A stretch of 64,000 nt of DNA from Candidatus Heimdallarchaeum aukensis (GTDB lineage: Archaea > Asgardarchaeota > Heimdallarchaeia > Heimdallarchaeales > Heimdallarchaeaceae), in contig CP084166.1 of assembly GCA_021513695.1 (NCBI GenBank), positions 416,001 through 480,000 on the forward strand. The letters run 5' to 3'. Position 1 is the stretch's first letter, and each line of letters begins with the position of its first letter. The position numbers and the translations under genes are program-made. Positions 1 through 10,890 of the stretch are shown piece by piece. The notes beneath the pieces are model-generated. The model did no database searches, was not told where the DNA came from, and saw only the letters and a list, made by a program, of their open reading frames with translations.

Positions 1-250
1 TGTTACAAACCTATTGCTATATAGAATAGCCTCTTATAAGTGTTGGTCTAGCGAAAATGCAGATGATAAGGAAAATATCTATTGACATAATAATGTGTGC
101 TGTCAGGCCCACGCTTTCATATGTTCTTAATGATTACTAGAAGTTTTCAAATAGTAGTGAATTTAATTTTTAGCGATAATATAGTCATTTATTCAAATTA
201 TATGACATCACTATCCTATTTTTTTTTAAAAAAAAGAATAGAGTAAAAAG

Positions 251-2464
251 TTACGATTTATCTTTTTGTTCTTTCTTTGCAGATTTTTTATTGTTTTTTG
301 GAGATATATCATATTTTCTTAAAGTTTGGGAATTGATAGCGACGATTACTGTACTCAAAGACATCAAAATTGCGCCTATAGCAGGGTTTATTATTACACC
401 TACACTTGCTAGAACTCCTGCAGCTAAAGGAATAGCGATTATATTATATCCTGCTGCCCACCATAAATTTTGAATCATTTTCTTGTATGTTTGCTTCGAT
501 AATTCAATTAATCTGATAACATCATTTGGGTTATTTCTTACAAGGATAATATCTGCGCTTTCTATTGCAACATCAGTTCCTGCCCCTACTGCAATTCCTA
601 CATCAGCAGTAACTAATGCAGGAGCATCATTAATTCCGTCTCCGACCATAGCGACTTTGTATCCTTCCTCTTTTAATTTTGTAATTTTATCAGCTTTCTC
701 ATGTGGAAGAACTTCTGCAAAATAGTCATCCATTTCTAATTCTTTTGCTACCCATTTTGCTACTTCTTCTGCATCGCCTGTAAGCATGTATGTTCTTATT
801 CCTAAAGATTTTAACTTCTCAATAGCAATTCTTGAATCTTCTCTTATTTTATCTGCTAGAGCAAATGCGCCAGCAAGTTTGTCATCAATTATTGTAAAGA
901 TTACAGTTTTTCCTTGTTGTTGCACTTGTTTTATCTTCTCATCTTCTATTTCTATTTTCAACTCGTCAAGTAAGTTTGGGCTACCAACATAGACTGTTTT
1001 TCCATTTATTTTACCTTTTACACCTTTACCTGGCATTACAGTAAAATCAATAGTTGAAGGGATCTTTATTTTCTTCTCTTTTGCATAATCTACTATAGCT
1101 TTTGCAATTATATGCTCAGAGTTAATCTCTAACGCTGCAGTTAACTCCAATAACTCTTCTTCAGGAATGTACGAGATAACATCAGTTACTCCAAAGTTTC
1201 CTTCAGTCAAAGTTCCTGTTTTATCAAAAACTATAGCATCTATGTTTCGAACGTTTTCAAATCCAGTTCTGTCTCTTATAAGTACTCCACTTTTAGCAGT
1301 AATAGAAGTAGATAAAGCAACAACTAGAGGAATAGCTAAACCTAACGCATGGGGGCAAGCAATAACTAATACTGTTACAGCTCTCTCTAAAGCGAAATCA
1401 GGAAAACCAAGAAGGAACCATGTAGTATAAGTTATGATTCCTGCGATAAGTGCTACATAAAATAATAATGCTGCTGCACGATTAGCTAAATCTTGTGTTC
1501 TTGATTTACTCATTTGTGCTTTTCTTACTAAGTCTATTACTTGAGCAAGATAATTTTCTTCACCAGTTTTAGTTATTTTTACATGTAAAATTCCTTCTGA
1601 ATTTATAGATCCACCAATAACCATGTCATCCACAGTTTTGGATACAGGCATTGATTCTCCAGTCAAAAAAGCTTCATTTACATATGAAGAACCGTCTATA
1701 ACTACACCATCTGAAGGAATTTTTTCTCCAGGTCTAACAAGTGTAACATCATTGATTTTAAGCTCGGAAACGGAGACATCAATGATTTCTCCATCCTTGA
1801 TTAAGTGAGCAGTAGTAGGCATAATCTTTACTAATTCCTCTAATGCTCTCGAAGCTCCCATAATACTTTTTGCTTCCACCCAGTGACCTAGTAGCATAAC
1901 ATCGATCAATGTAGCAAGCTCCCAAAAGAAATCTACTCCTTCAATGAAAAACACAGTAGCAGCCGAATAAAAGAAAGCTACAGATATTGCCATTGCAATA
2001 AGTGTCATCATACCAGGAAGTTTTTTCTTGATTTCGTTAAATAAGCCTTTTAGAAATGGCCAACCACCATAAAAATAGATAAGTGATGAGATTGCAAGAA
2101 CTAATTCTCTTTGAAAATTAAAGGTAATCTCAAAGTTTAACCATAGCTGAATTGTTTCAGATAGAAGTAAAACTGGAATGGTTAAAATTAAAGAGACAAA
2201 AAATCTTTTCTTGAAGTCAGAAATGTGAGCAGAATGGTCATGAGATTTGTGGTCCTGATGATCTCCATGTTTCATTTTAGTTCCTGTAGATCCATGATCT
2301 TTGTGTTCTTGATGATTTTGATGCGTAGTATGTGCTTCTGCAGAAACATGACTTTTATGATCCTTATGATCTTTATGTTTCATATGAGATTCTGAAGAAT
2401 CATGTTTTTTGTGATTTTGGTTATCATGATCTTGATTTTTATTTCCTTTGTTCATTTTTTTCAC
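251..2464 (-). CDS. copB: P1B-type heavy-metal (copper) translocating ATPase, CopB-like, with a His-rich N-terminal metal-binding region
   Basis: 737 aa. The N-terminus is full of H-x-H/HKDH repeats. There is a transmembrane CPH motif (IACPHALGLAIP), a DKTGTLT phosphorylation site and a GDGINDAPAL hinge. The CPH motif plus His-rich N-terminus is the P1B-3 (CopB) signature. Confidence 0.9.
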   Translation of the reverse strand: MKKMNKGNKNQDHDNQNHKKHDSSESHMKHKDHKDHKSHVSAEAHTTHQNHQEHKDHGSTGTKMKHGDHQDHKSHDHSAHISDFKKRFFVSLILTIPVLLLSETIQLWLNFEITFNFQRELVLAISSLIYFYGGWPFLKGLFNEIKKKLPGMMTLIAMAISVAFFYSAATVFFIEGVDFFWELATLIDVMLLGHWVEAKSIMGASRALEELVKIMPTTAHLIKDGEIIDVSVSELKINDVTLVRPGEKIPSDGVVIDGSSYVNEAFLTGESMPVSKTVDDMVIGGSINSEGILHVKITKTGEENYLAQVIDLVRKAQMSKSRTQDLANRAAALLFYVALIAGIITYTTWFLLGFPDFALERAVTVLVIACPHALGLAIPLVVALSTSITAKSGVLIRDRTGFENVRNIDAIVFDKTGTLTEGNFGVTDVISYIPEEELLELTAALEINSEHIIAKAIVDYAKEKKIKIPSTIDFTVMPGKGVKGKINGKTVYVGSPNLLDELKIEIEDEKIKQVQQQGKTVIFTIIDDKLAGAFALADKIREDSRIAIEKLKSLGIRTYMLTGDAEEVAKWVAKELEMDDYFAEVLPHEKADKITKLKEEGYKVAMVGDGINDAPALVTADVGIAVGAGTDVAIESADIILVRNNPNDVIRLIELSKQTYKKMIQNLWWAAGYNIIAIPLAAGVLASVGVIINPAIGAILMSLSTVIVAINSQTLRKYDISPKNNKKSAKKEQKDKS

Positions 2465-2655
2465 TAAAGAGTTTTTATTATTTTTAAGATATTAAAGCTA
2501 TTGGTTAAACAATTTTTGAAATAATAATATCTTTCTCTTTAAGTGATATTGTTTTTCTACTCTAATTTGAGTAAAATCTCCTATTTTAGTTGTAATTCTT
2601 TCATTATTTTTTTAAGTCAAGAGATAAACCAATTTAAAAATTTAAATAATGTTAG

Positions 2656-5600
2656 TTAGTTCATGCTTTCTTTTAGATAAACCCAAGTATAACCCATTTG
2701 TTTTTGGACTATTTCTTCTGGTTTTCCTTCTGAGATTATGTACCCTCCTAGCTCTCCTCCTTCTAGACCTAAATCTATAACATAGTCTGCCTGTTTAATT
2801 AAATTCATTTCGTGATCAATTAGAACCACACTGTGTCCTTTATTTGCTAATCTATGAAGAATTTCAATAAGTTTTTCTAAATCAAAAAAGTGTAATCCTT
2901 GAGAAGGTTCATCTAGGATGTAAATACTATTTCCATAGGTTCTTTTAGATAGTTCTCTTACAATCTTTAATCTTTCAGCTTCTCCACCACTTATTGTTGT
3001 TGTTGGTTGTCCCATTTTCAAATAACCTAAACCTGCTTCAACAGCTAATTTTAATGGAGCACTTATTTTTTCTAGATCCCTAAATAACTCATATGCTTCT
3101 TCAATAGTCATCTCAAGAATATCAGAGATAGATTTTTGTTTGTACTTTACAGCTAGAACTTTTTTGTTATACCTTTTCCCCTTACAAATAGGACAAGTTA
3201 ACCATACATCAGATAAGAAAAGTAATTCTACCTTCTTTTGCCCTAATCCTTTACATTCTGGGCATTGTCCTTTTTTTACATTAAAACTAAAATGAGCAGA
3301 GCTCATTCCTCTGTTTCTTGATTCAGGTAGTTCAGCATAAAACTTTCTTATCTCGTCAAAAACTCCAAGATAAGTTGCTGGAGTTGAACGAACAGATTTA
3401 CTCATTGCAGATTGATCTACAGCAATAACTTTTTTGATATCTTCAAAACCTTTAATTTCTTTATGTTTTCCTGCTTCTATCTTCTTTTTAGAAATTTTTT
3501 TCTCTAAAGCTTTTTGTAAAGTATCTATAACCAAAGAAGATTTACCCGCACCTGATACTCCAGAAACAGCAGTAATAATTCCCTTTCCAAACTTTGCTGT
3601 AATATTTTTAAGATTATTTTCTTGTGCTCCTACTAAAGTTATATTTTCTGAAGTTTTTCTTCTTTTAGTAGGCGTTTTTATTTTTCTCTTGCCATAAATA
3701 TAGCTACCAGTAAGAGAAGATTCGCTTTTAAGAACCTCATTGGTTGAACCAAAGTTAATTATTTCTCCTCCTTCTTCTCCTCCCCTTGGTCCTAACTCAA
3801 TTATATAATCAGACTCTTTAATTATTGTATCGTCATGTTCTACTACTATTACGTGATTGCCATTTTCTTTTAATTTCTTCATGGTGTCTAATAGCCTGTT
3901 AATGTCTCTTGGATGTAAACCAATAGTGGGTTCGTCTAAGCAATAAGTTACCCCTATTAATCCACTTCCTATTTGAGAAGCTAAGCGTATTCTTTGTGCT
4001 TCTCCATTGGATAATGTACTTGCTCTTCGATCAAGAGTTAAATATTCTAACCCTACATCTACTAAATATTGAGCTCTTTTCTTTAATTCGGAAAGGATTC
4101 GCTCTGCTATTTTCGACCTTCTTTTATCTAATATTATATTATTCAGAAATACAAGAAAGTCTTTAACTGAATATTTTGTCAAATCTGTAATTGATTTGTT
4201 ATTAATTGTAATAGCTAAAACTTCTGGTTTAAGTTTTTCTCCCTTACAGTCGGGGCAAAGATACTCTGAATAATATTGGTTCATTTTTTCTTTATATTTA
4301 AGTGACCAAGTCGAATCTGTTTCAGATTTCATCCAATCATCCCAACGAGGAATTAATCCTTCCCAAGGTTTTTCTCTAATATACTCTGATACAGATTTAC
4401 GACTTTCTTGACGATAAACTATTTCTACTATTTCGCCATCTGAACCATAAAATAAAGCATGTAGTTGTTGAGGAGTAAAATCTTTTAGAGGAGTAGAGAG
4501 AGTGAAACCAAAGTGTTTTCCTACTGATTCTAACATACTTCGTCTCCAAGAGTTAGGATTACTCATTCTTTGTGCAGTATAAGGACCAATTGCTCCTTCA
4601 ATTATTGATTTATTCCAATCTGTAACTATCTTTCTAATATCAAATTTTCTGATCATTCCCAATCCTGTACAAGTTGGGCAAGCTCCTGAATAGTGATTAA
4701 AACTAAATAACCTTGGGTGAATCTCTTCTGGGACTTCAATTCCATGCTCTAAACATTCAGCATTGAATGAATACCTTTTTCCTTTTTTATCTGTAGAATA
4801 GACTTCTATTCTCCCTTTTCCAAGTTCTCTAGCTATTTCTAATGAATCAACAAATCTCGTATCTTCAACTTTTGATAAATCTATTCTATCAATCACAACT
4901 GAAAGTGTTTTAACATTATCAACACTAAACTCTTCATCTAAATGTAATAGTTTCTCATTTAGTAAAATCCTTGTATATCCTTCTTTCTTTAGTTCTTTTA
5001 CAATTTTAGATATATCTACTTGCTCTCCATTTAATACTGAAGCAGCAAGGTATATTTTCTTATCTTTGAACTCTTTTCTAATCAATTTTGCTATTTCTGT
5101 TTCTGTCCTTTGTTTTAATTCAATAGAACATTTAGGACAATGAGGAATACCTACTTTTGCAAAAAGAAGACGAAGATAATCATAAATTTCAGTAGTTGTG
5201 GCAACAGTGGAACGAGGATTATGTGAAATTGAATGTTGATCTATTGCAATTGAAGGAGTTAAGCCTACTATTTCTTCTACTTCTGTCCTTTCTGCCCGAT
5301 TTAGAAACTGTCTAGCATAACTGCTCAAACTTTCAATAAATCTTCTTTGCCCTTCAGCAAATAGTGTATCAATAACTAAACTACTTTTTCCACTACCAGA
5401 AACTCCAGTAACAACAACAAGATTATTTTTTGGAATAGTAAGATCAAGATTTTTTAGATTGTTCTTTTTTGCTCCTTTTACATAAAGAAAACTGCTTGGA
5501 TCTAATTCTTTATCTGATGTGGAAATAGAATTTTTACTTACTGTTTGCTCTTTTTCTAATTCTCTCTTTTCTCCTTCTAAAACCTTTTTTAGAGCTTGAC

Positions 5601-8445
5601 CTGTATATGACTCTTTAATTTTCACAATTTCTTCGGGAGTACCAAAACCAACTAAATATCCTCCCTTTTCTTCTCCTCCTTCAGGACCTAAATCAATGAT
5701 ATAATCTGCAGTCTTAATTACATCTAACTGATGCTCTATTACAAGAACGGTGTTTCCTTTATCTACTAATTCTTGTAAAACTTTGATTAGTTTCTTGATA
5801 TCTTCAAAACTTAAACCTGTAGTTGGTTCATCTAAGATATACAGAGTCTTACCAGTAGCTCTTTTAGCTAATTCTCTACTCAATTTTATTCTTTGCGCTT
5901 CTCCTCCAGAGAGAGTAGTAGAAGACTGACCTAATTTTATATAGTCTAAACCTACAGCTTCAAGAGTTTTGAGTATTCTAACAATTTTAGGTTGGTTCTC
6001 AAAAACATTTAATGCTTCACTTACAGTCAAGTTAAGTATATCTGCGATAGAATATCCTTTGTATTTAACTTTAAGTGTTTCATCATCATATCTGTTTCCT
6101 TTACAAATTTCACACTCTACCTCAACATCAGGTAAAAGAGACATCTCTATAGTGTTAAAACCTTTTCCTTGACAAGCTTCACATCTACCAGGGCTGTTAT
6201 TAAAACTAAATCTAGTTTTTGTATATCCTCTCAGTTTAGCAGTAGGAAGAGAAGCAAATAAGTCTCTAATAGGGTCAAGCATCTTTGTGTAAGTTGCAGG
6301 ATTTGAACGAGTAGTTCTACCTATAGGTGATTGGTCAATAACAACTACTTTATCGATATTCTCGACTCCTTTCAAAGTCTTGAATTTTCCTGCTTTCTGT
6401 TTTCCATGATGTAACTTATTTACTAAAGCGGGATAAAGGGTATCAGAAACTAAACTACTTTTACCGCTTCCAGAAACTCCAGTTACGCAAACAAATGTTC
6501 CTAAAGGTATCTTTACATCTATATTCTTTAGGTTATTGTGCTGAGCTCCTTTTAATTCAAGAAAAATATTGCTCTTTCTTCTCTTTTTAGGAACTGAAAT
6601 TGAGTCAAGGTTTAGTAAATATCTAGCTGTAAAAGAGCGTTTAGCGTCTTTTTCACTTATATCTCTAGGGTTTTTAGCAAAAAGTAATTCTCCGCCTAAA
6701 CTACCTGCTCGAGGTCCTAAATCTATTAAAACATCTGCACTCTGTAAAGTGTCTTCGTCATGTTCAACAACAATAACTGTATTCCCACCATCACGTAGAG
6801 TCTTTAAAGAAGAAAGAAGCTTTTCATTATCTCTATTTGCTAAACCTATGCTAGGTTCATCTAGAACATAATTAACTCCTTGAAGTTTAGCTCCTATTTG
6901 TGTTGCTAATCTAGTTCTTTGAGCTTCTCCGCCACTTAAATCAACAGCACTTCTATCTAAAGTGAGATAATGAAGACCCACCTCGATTAAAAAATATAAT
7001 CTGCTTATGATTTCCCTAAGAAGGGGTTTTGCTATCTTTTCTTCCTCTGGAGATAACTTTAAACTGTTAAAGAAATTGTAACATTCTTCTATAGACATTT
7101 GATTAAGTTCAGCAATATTTTTTCCATGGAAAAGTACAGATAGACTTTCATTCTTTAACCTTAGCCCTTTACAATCAGGACAAGTTTGAAGTTCCATATA
7201 TTGTTCTAAACGTTCTTTCATGCTTTTAGAAGAAGTTCTGTAATAACCCTCCATTGTTGCAGGAATAAAACCTTTCCATTTTACATCTGAAGTTCCCCGG
7301 GCTTTCCAGACACTATCTCTTGCTCCCCATTTCCAATTAATGGTATACTCTTTACTTCCAGTACCGTACATCAAGATTTGTTTGTGTTCTTCAGGCAAGT
7401 CCTTCCAAGGAATAGAAATATCAATACCTAACTGTTTAGCAATCTGTGCAATAGAATTTTTGCTCAATCCAGTATAAGTAAAGTGATCTCCACTTTTCGT
7501 CTGTAAAGCTATTGCATGTTCTAATAAAGGATTATCAGGATTAGTAACAAGTTTGTCGGGAACAATTTGAGGAAGCTTACCTAAACCTTTACATCTTGGA
7601 CAAGCTCCAACAGAAGAATTATAAGAAAAATCTCGAGGGTGAAATTCATTAACAGATAAACCACATTGAGGACAAACAAGCTTATTAGAAAAAATCTTTT
7701 TTTCCTTTTCTCCAATAATCTTTACTTTCCCATCAGCGAGATCTAAGCAAAGATCTACACTATCACGGATACTAGCTTCATTTTTCCTCAAACATTTATT
7801 TCTATCTACAACTATTTCAATATCATGGGCGACATATCTTTCCAATTTTGGAAACTTTTCATCCAGATTAATCTCTTCTCCATCAATGATTAAACGAGTA
7901 AAACCTTCTTCTTTCCATTTTGCTAGTTCTTTCCTGTACTCACCTTTTCTTTTTTTAAACATTGGTGCAACAATCTTGACTTTTTGTCCTTCAAAAGAAG
8001 CGAATATTTGATCTATTATCTGATCAGAAGGTTGTGCATCTATTTTAATATTACATATTGGACAATGAGGAACACCTACTCTAGCAAAAAGAACACGCAA
8101 GTAATCATATATTTCTGTTAAAGTTCCAACAGTACTTCGGGGATTCCTAGAAATGGTTTTCTGGTCAATAGAAATGGTAGGTCTTAAACCTTCAATATGT
8201 TCAACATCTGGACGATCAAAGTTGCCAATAAATTGTCTAGCATAAGCAGATAGAGTTTCCATATATCTTCTCTGAGCTTCTGAAAAAATAGTATTGAAAG
8301 CTAGTGAACTCTTCCCACTACCTGAAACGCCAGAAATTACCACTAGTTTATCATGTGGAATAGAAATAGTTATGTCTTTCAAGTTATTTTCTTTAGCTCT
8401 AATAATTTTAATACTGTCAGTACTAGAAGTCATATGATTATTCAC
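2656..8445 (-). CDS. uvrA: Tandem-duplicated (single-chain dimer) UvrA excinuclease ATPase, 1929 aa with four ABC nucleotide-binding modules
   Basis: Four Walker A sites (GVSGSGKSSL three times, GVSGAGKSSL once), each preceded by an N-L-K-N/D-I/L motif. Four ABC signature motifs (LSGGEAQR three times, LSNGEAQR once). The UvrA-type SxxARQF motif occurs twice (SAYARQF, SSYARQF). CxxC zinc modules recur. Each half is about 950 aa, the size of a full class I UvrA. Confidence 0.85.
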   Translation of the reverse strand: MNNHMTSSTDSIKIIRAKENNLKDITISIPHDKLVVISGVSGSGKSSLAFNTIFSEAQRRYMETLSAYARQFIGNFDRPDVEHIEGLRPTISIDQKTISRNPRSTVGTLTEIYDYLRVLFARVGVPHCPICNIKIDAQPSDQIIDQIFASFEGQKVKIVAPMFKKRKGEYRKELAKWKEEGFTRLIIDGEEINLDEKFPKLERYVAHDIEIVVDRNKCLRKNEASIRDSVDLCLDLADGKVKIIGEKEKKIFSNKLVCPQCGLSVNEFHPRDFSYNSSVGACPRCKGLGKLPQIVPDKLVTNPDNPLLEHAIALQTKSGDHFTYTGLSKNSIAQIAKQLGIDISIPWKDLPEEHKQILMYGTGSKEYTINWKWGARDSVWKARGTSDVKWKGFIPATMEGYYRTSSKSMKERLEQYMELQTCPDCKGLRLKNESLSVLFHGKNIAELNQMSIEECYNFFNSLKLSPEEEKIAKPLLREIISRLYFLIEVGLHYLTLDRSAVDLSGGEAQRTRLATQIGAKLQGVNYVLDEPSIGLANRDNEKLLSSLKTLRDGGNTVIVVEHDEDTLQSADVLIDLGPRAGSLGGELLFAKNPRDISEKDAKRSFTARYLLNLDSISVPKKRRKSNIFLELKGAQHNNLKNIDVKIPLGTFVCVTGVSGSGKSSLVSDTLYPALVNKLHHGKQKAGKFKTLKGVENIDKVVVIDQSPIGRTTRSNPATYTKMLDPIRDLFASLPTAKLRGYTKTRFSFNNSPGRCEACQGKGFNTIEMSLLPDVEVECEICKGNRYDDETLKVKYKGYSIADILNLTVSEALNVFENQPKIVRILKTLEAVGLDYIKLGQSSTTLSGGEAQRIKLSRELAKRATGKTLYILDEPTTGLSFEDIKKLIKVLQELVDKGNTVLVIEHQLDVIKTADYIIDLGPEGGEEKGGYLVGFGTPEEIVKIKESYTGQALKKVLEGEKRELEKEQTVSKNSISTSDKELDPSSFLYVKGAKKNNLKNLDLTIPKNNLVVVTGVSGSGKSSLVIDTLFAEGQRRFIESLSSYARQFLNRAERTEVEEIVGLTPSIAIDQHSISHNPRSTVATTTEIYDYLRLLFAKVGIPHCPKCSIELKQRTETEIAKLIRKEFKDKKIYLAASVLNGEQVDISKIVKELKKEGYTRILLNEKLLHLDEEFSVDNVKTLSVVIDRIDLSKVEDTRFVDSLEIARELGKGRIEVYSTDKKGKRYSFNAECLEHGIEVPEEIHPRLFSFNHYSGACPTCTGLGMIRKFDIRKIVTDWNKSIIEGAIGPYTAQRMSNPNSWRRSMLESVGKHFGFTLSTPLKDFTPQQLHALFYGSDGEIVEIVYRQESRKSVSEYIREKPWEGLIPRWDDWMKSETDSTWSLKYKEKMNQYYSEYLCPDCKGEKLKPEVLAITINNKSITDLTKYSVKDFLVFLNNIILDKRRSKIAERILSELKKRAQYLVDVGLEYLTLDRRASTLSNGEAQRIRLASQIGSGLIGVTYCLDEPTIGLHPRDINRLLDTMKKLKENGNHVIVVEHDDTIIKESDYIIELGPRGGEEGGEIINFGSTNEVLKSESSLTGSYIYGKRKIKTPTKRRKTSENITLVGAQENNLKNITAKFGKGIITAVSGVSGAGKSSLVIDTLQKALEKKISKKKIEAGKHKEIKGFEDIKKVIAVDQSAMSKSVRSTPATYLGVFDEIRKFYAELPESRNRGMSSAHFSFNVKKGQCPECKGLGQKKVELLFLSDVWLTCPICKGKRYNKKVLAVKYKQKSISDILEMTIEEAYELFRDLEKISAPLKLAVEAGLGYLKMGQPTTTISGGEAERLKIVRELSKRTYGNSIYILDEPSQGLHFFDLEKLIEILHRLANKGHSVVLIDHEMNLIKQADYVIDLGLEGGELGGYIISEGKPEEIVQKQMGYTWVYLKESMN

Positions 8446-8620
8446 TTAAAAGCGACTAGTAAGTGTAAAAAATGCCTAGATTTCAATATTTAAACTTGTA
8501 TATTTAACAAGAAATAAAGAATCAGAATAAAAGTTAATGTTTAGTTGCTGAAATAAGAGCGTTGATTCTTTGTTAAAAACAAAAGATTGAACAAAATTTA
8601 TAATAGTTAATCAAATTAAA

Positions 8621-9511
8621 TTGTTGGTTATCTTTATGTTCATCTTTAAAAGAGTAAAAAGAAGAATTATTCTGAAAAGATTTTTTGTTACGCAAAACCA
8701 ACTATTAAGTGAATTTTTTGAAGAAACAGAGAAAGCATTGGGGAAAAAAATTACAATAATAGAATTTAATGAAGCCTTTAATCCAATAATAGAAAAATTA
8801 AATCAGATTATAGAAAACCATTCCAAAAGTAAAATCCTTAAAAAAACTATGAAAAAAAGATGGGCTAGGATTCTGTGGAGAAAGAAAGGAAAGGCTAAAG
8901 AAATTGAAAAGAGTCTTGTTAATATAACAGCAATTTTGGACAAATTAGATTTTTCAATTATTAATAATGATTTAGAAGAAATTGAATATTTATTAGAAGA
9001 TATAATAGAGATCGATTATGCATATGAAAAATTAAATAAATTAAAAAACGCAATAAATAGCTTCGATATTTTGTTAGAAAAAATGCTTTCAGTATTCAAC
9101 TTTTATGCAATACTAATTTCAAACGAGTCAATAAAAAATTTTGACAATTTAATAGTTAGAATTGAGAAAGATAGTTTAAGATGGAAAGCAGAAATAGATA
9201 CTTACGAAATATTAAAAGAAGCTATAGAAGAAAGAGCAGAACGAATAAACAGGCTTAAAGTATTTAATGATATGCTTGTTAAGAAAGAAAGTGTAAGCAT
9301 TACTGAAATGATGGACAAATTGGATTTTGAAAATAGAGAAAATCTAGAAAAATGGTTATTAGAAAATGTTCCTGCTAATACAATACTAATTAGCAGAGAG
9401 ATAATACAATTTAATAAAAATGTAAGTAAAAAAGAAATAGCTGAAGCAATAGATTCTTTGTTAAAAGATTACGAAAAATGGGTTAAGCAAGGAGTAGGAA
9501 AAAAAACCTAA
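8621..9511 (+). CDS. Hypothetical Lys/Glu-rich coiled-coil protein
   Basis: 296-aa ORF with heptad-like K/E/L/I composition. No recognisable catalytic motif. Confidence 0.3.
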   Translation: MLVIFMFIFKRVKRRIILKRFFVTQNQLLSEFFEETEKALGKKITIIEFNEAFNPIIEKLNQIIENHSKSKILKKTMKKRWARILWRKKGKAKEIEKSLVNITAILDKLDFSIINNDLEEIEYLLEDIIEIDYAYEKLNKLKNAINSFDILLEKMLSVFNFYAILISNESIKNFDNLIVRIEKDSLRWKAEIDTYEILKEAIEERAERINRLKVFNDMLVKKESVSITEMMDKLDFENRENLEKWLLENVPANTILISREIIQFNKNVSKKEIAEAIDSLLKDYEKWVKQGVGKKT

Positions 9512-9722
9512 AAATTTTTGATGTTCTTCTTTTTGGAATTAAAGATATTTTAGATAAAATTAAAGAAATAAATGTACAGGAAATGATTTCTTTCTAATTC
9601 TTTATGTTTTTAGAATTTATGATTGATGCAGTGCTGATCATTGAAAAGCATTTTCTGTAAAGAATAAGAGAAAATAAGGAAAAAAACAAAAATATTTAAT
9701 TTTCAATAAAAAAGTAAAAAAA

Positions 9723-10121
9723 CTAACAATTACTAGAAATTAAACAGTTAATCTTTTCTAATATTGTCTTTAGTCTAAAGGGTTTTCTAAGATAATGTAA
9801 CCCTAATTCTTCAACTTGTTTCTGAATTGAACCTTGAAATGCTGTTATTGCAATAATAGGAAGATTAGCATTAGAAAGAATAATTCTAGAAGCTTCAATT
9901 CCACTCATTTCTGGCATCTTAATGTCCATCAAGATAAGATCTGGTTTCCATTCTCTTGCAATAACTACAGCCTCTTTGCCGTTTTTTGCCATCCTAACTT
10001 CAAAAGAATCTTTCAAAAATTCATGGAATATTTTTCTTATATCCTCTTCGTCATCTGCTACAAGAATCTTCTTTGTTGGGTTAGAAAAAGGAGCAAGATT
10101 GTTTGATAAATTTAATAACAT
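9723..10121 (-). CDS. Single-domain response regulator (CheY-like receiver)
   Basis: 132 aa. ILVADDEEDIR acidic pocket, a phospho-acceptor Asp in LILMDIKMPEMSG, and a conserved T/K region (AITAF...LRKP). Confidence 0.8.
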   Translation of the reverse strand: MLLNLSNNLAPFSNPTKKILVADDEEDIRKIFHEFLKDSFEVRMAKNGKEAVVIAREWKPDLILMDIKMPEMSGIEASRIILSNANLPIIAITAFQGSIQKQVEELGLHYLRKPFRLKTILEKINCLISSNC

Positions 10122-10229
10122 AATAACCTGTCTATGAAAACAGAATTATCTATACTTAAAAGCACTATTATGTTACAAAAATAAATAACTATAGAAAAAG
10201 GATTTAAGTTCAAAAAACTATTTTTTATT

Positions 10230-10706
10230 ATGAATGAAATTTCAAAAGCTCTCGAAATAGAGATGAAGTCAGTTTTTAAAATGTTAAAAAACGCAGTAAG
10301 CAGAATCGAAGGAGATTATTGGAAAAAAAAGGAAAATAACTGGATGTACGGATATGTTTTATTTCATACGATAGAAGCAATTGATTACTATCTCTCTGAA
10401 TCAGCAGAAGAGTGGAAACCTCTAAATGATGTTTCTAACTATTCAGAAGAAAAAGAAACAGAAGCATTAAAAACAAAAGATAAGCATTTCTTTGAAGAAT
10501 ATTTAAGAAAAATAGAAGAAAAAACCTTTGAAACTCTTGAAAAACTTTCTGATGAAAAATTATTAGAAAAAGACGGGTTTGGAAAAAAAGGATTTACTTC
10601 AAGATTGCACAAATATATTTACTTGATAAGACATTGTATGGTGCATTTAGGAGAATTATCTAAAACTTTGAGAGACAAAGGAGAAGAAAACATTAAGTGG
10701 GAATAA
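10230..10706 (+). CDS. Hypothetical protein, DinB/YfiT-like four-helix-bundle pattern
   Basis: 158 aa. Weak DinB_2-like H-x3-H region (RHCMVHLGEL). Otherwise uncharacterised. Confidence 0.3.
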   Translation: MNEISKALEIEMKSVFKMLKNAVSRIEGDYWKKKENNWMYGYVLFHTIEAIDYYLSESAEEWKPLNDVSNYSEEKETEALKTKDKHFFEEYLRKIEEKTFETLEKLSDEKLLEKDGFGKKGFTSRLHKYIYLIRHCMVHLGELSKTLRDKGEENIKWE

Positions 10707-10890
10707 ATTCAAAGAATCTCTATCAGTTAATTCATTTCTAGAAATAGTAAAATAGAAAATCCCATTTAGTAGCTTCAAATAGAAGTTCTTAAGCTAAAAA
10801 TATTGATTAATTATAGATTATTTGAAAAATGGATATTCTTTTTGCATTGTACTGATAAATAAAAAAAAGAGAAAATTGTTTTCTACAAGC

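Noticed and set aside
291-2464. Multiple 60-100-aa plus-strand ORFs inside copB, and similar small ORFs inside uvrA and other long genes
   Set aside because: They are antisense overlaps of long, motif-rich genes and are typical spurious ORFs in AT-rich DNA.
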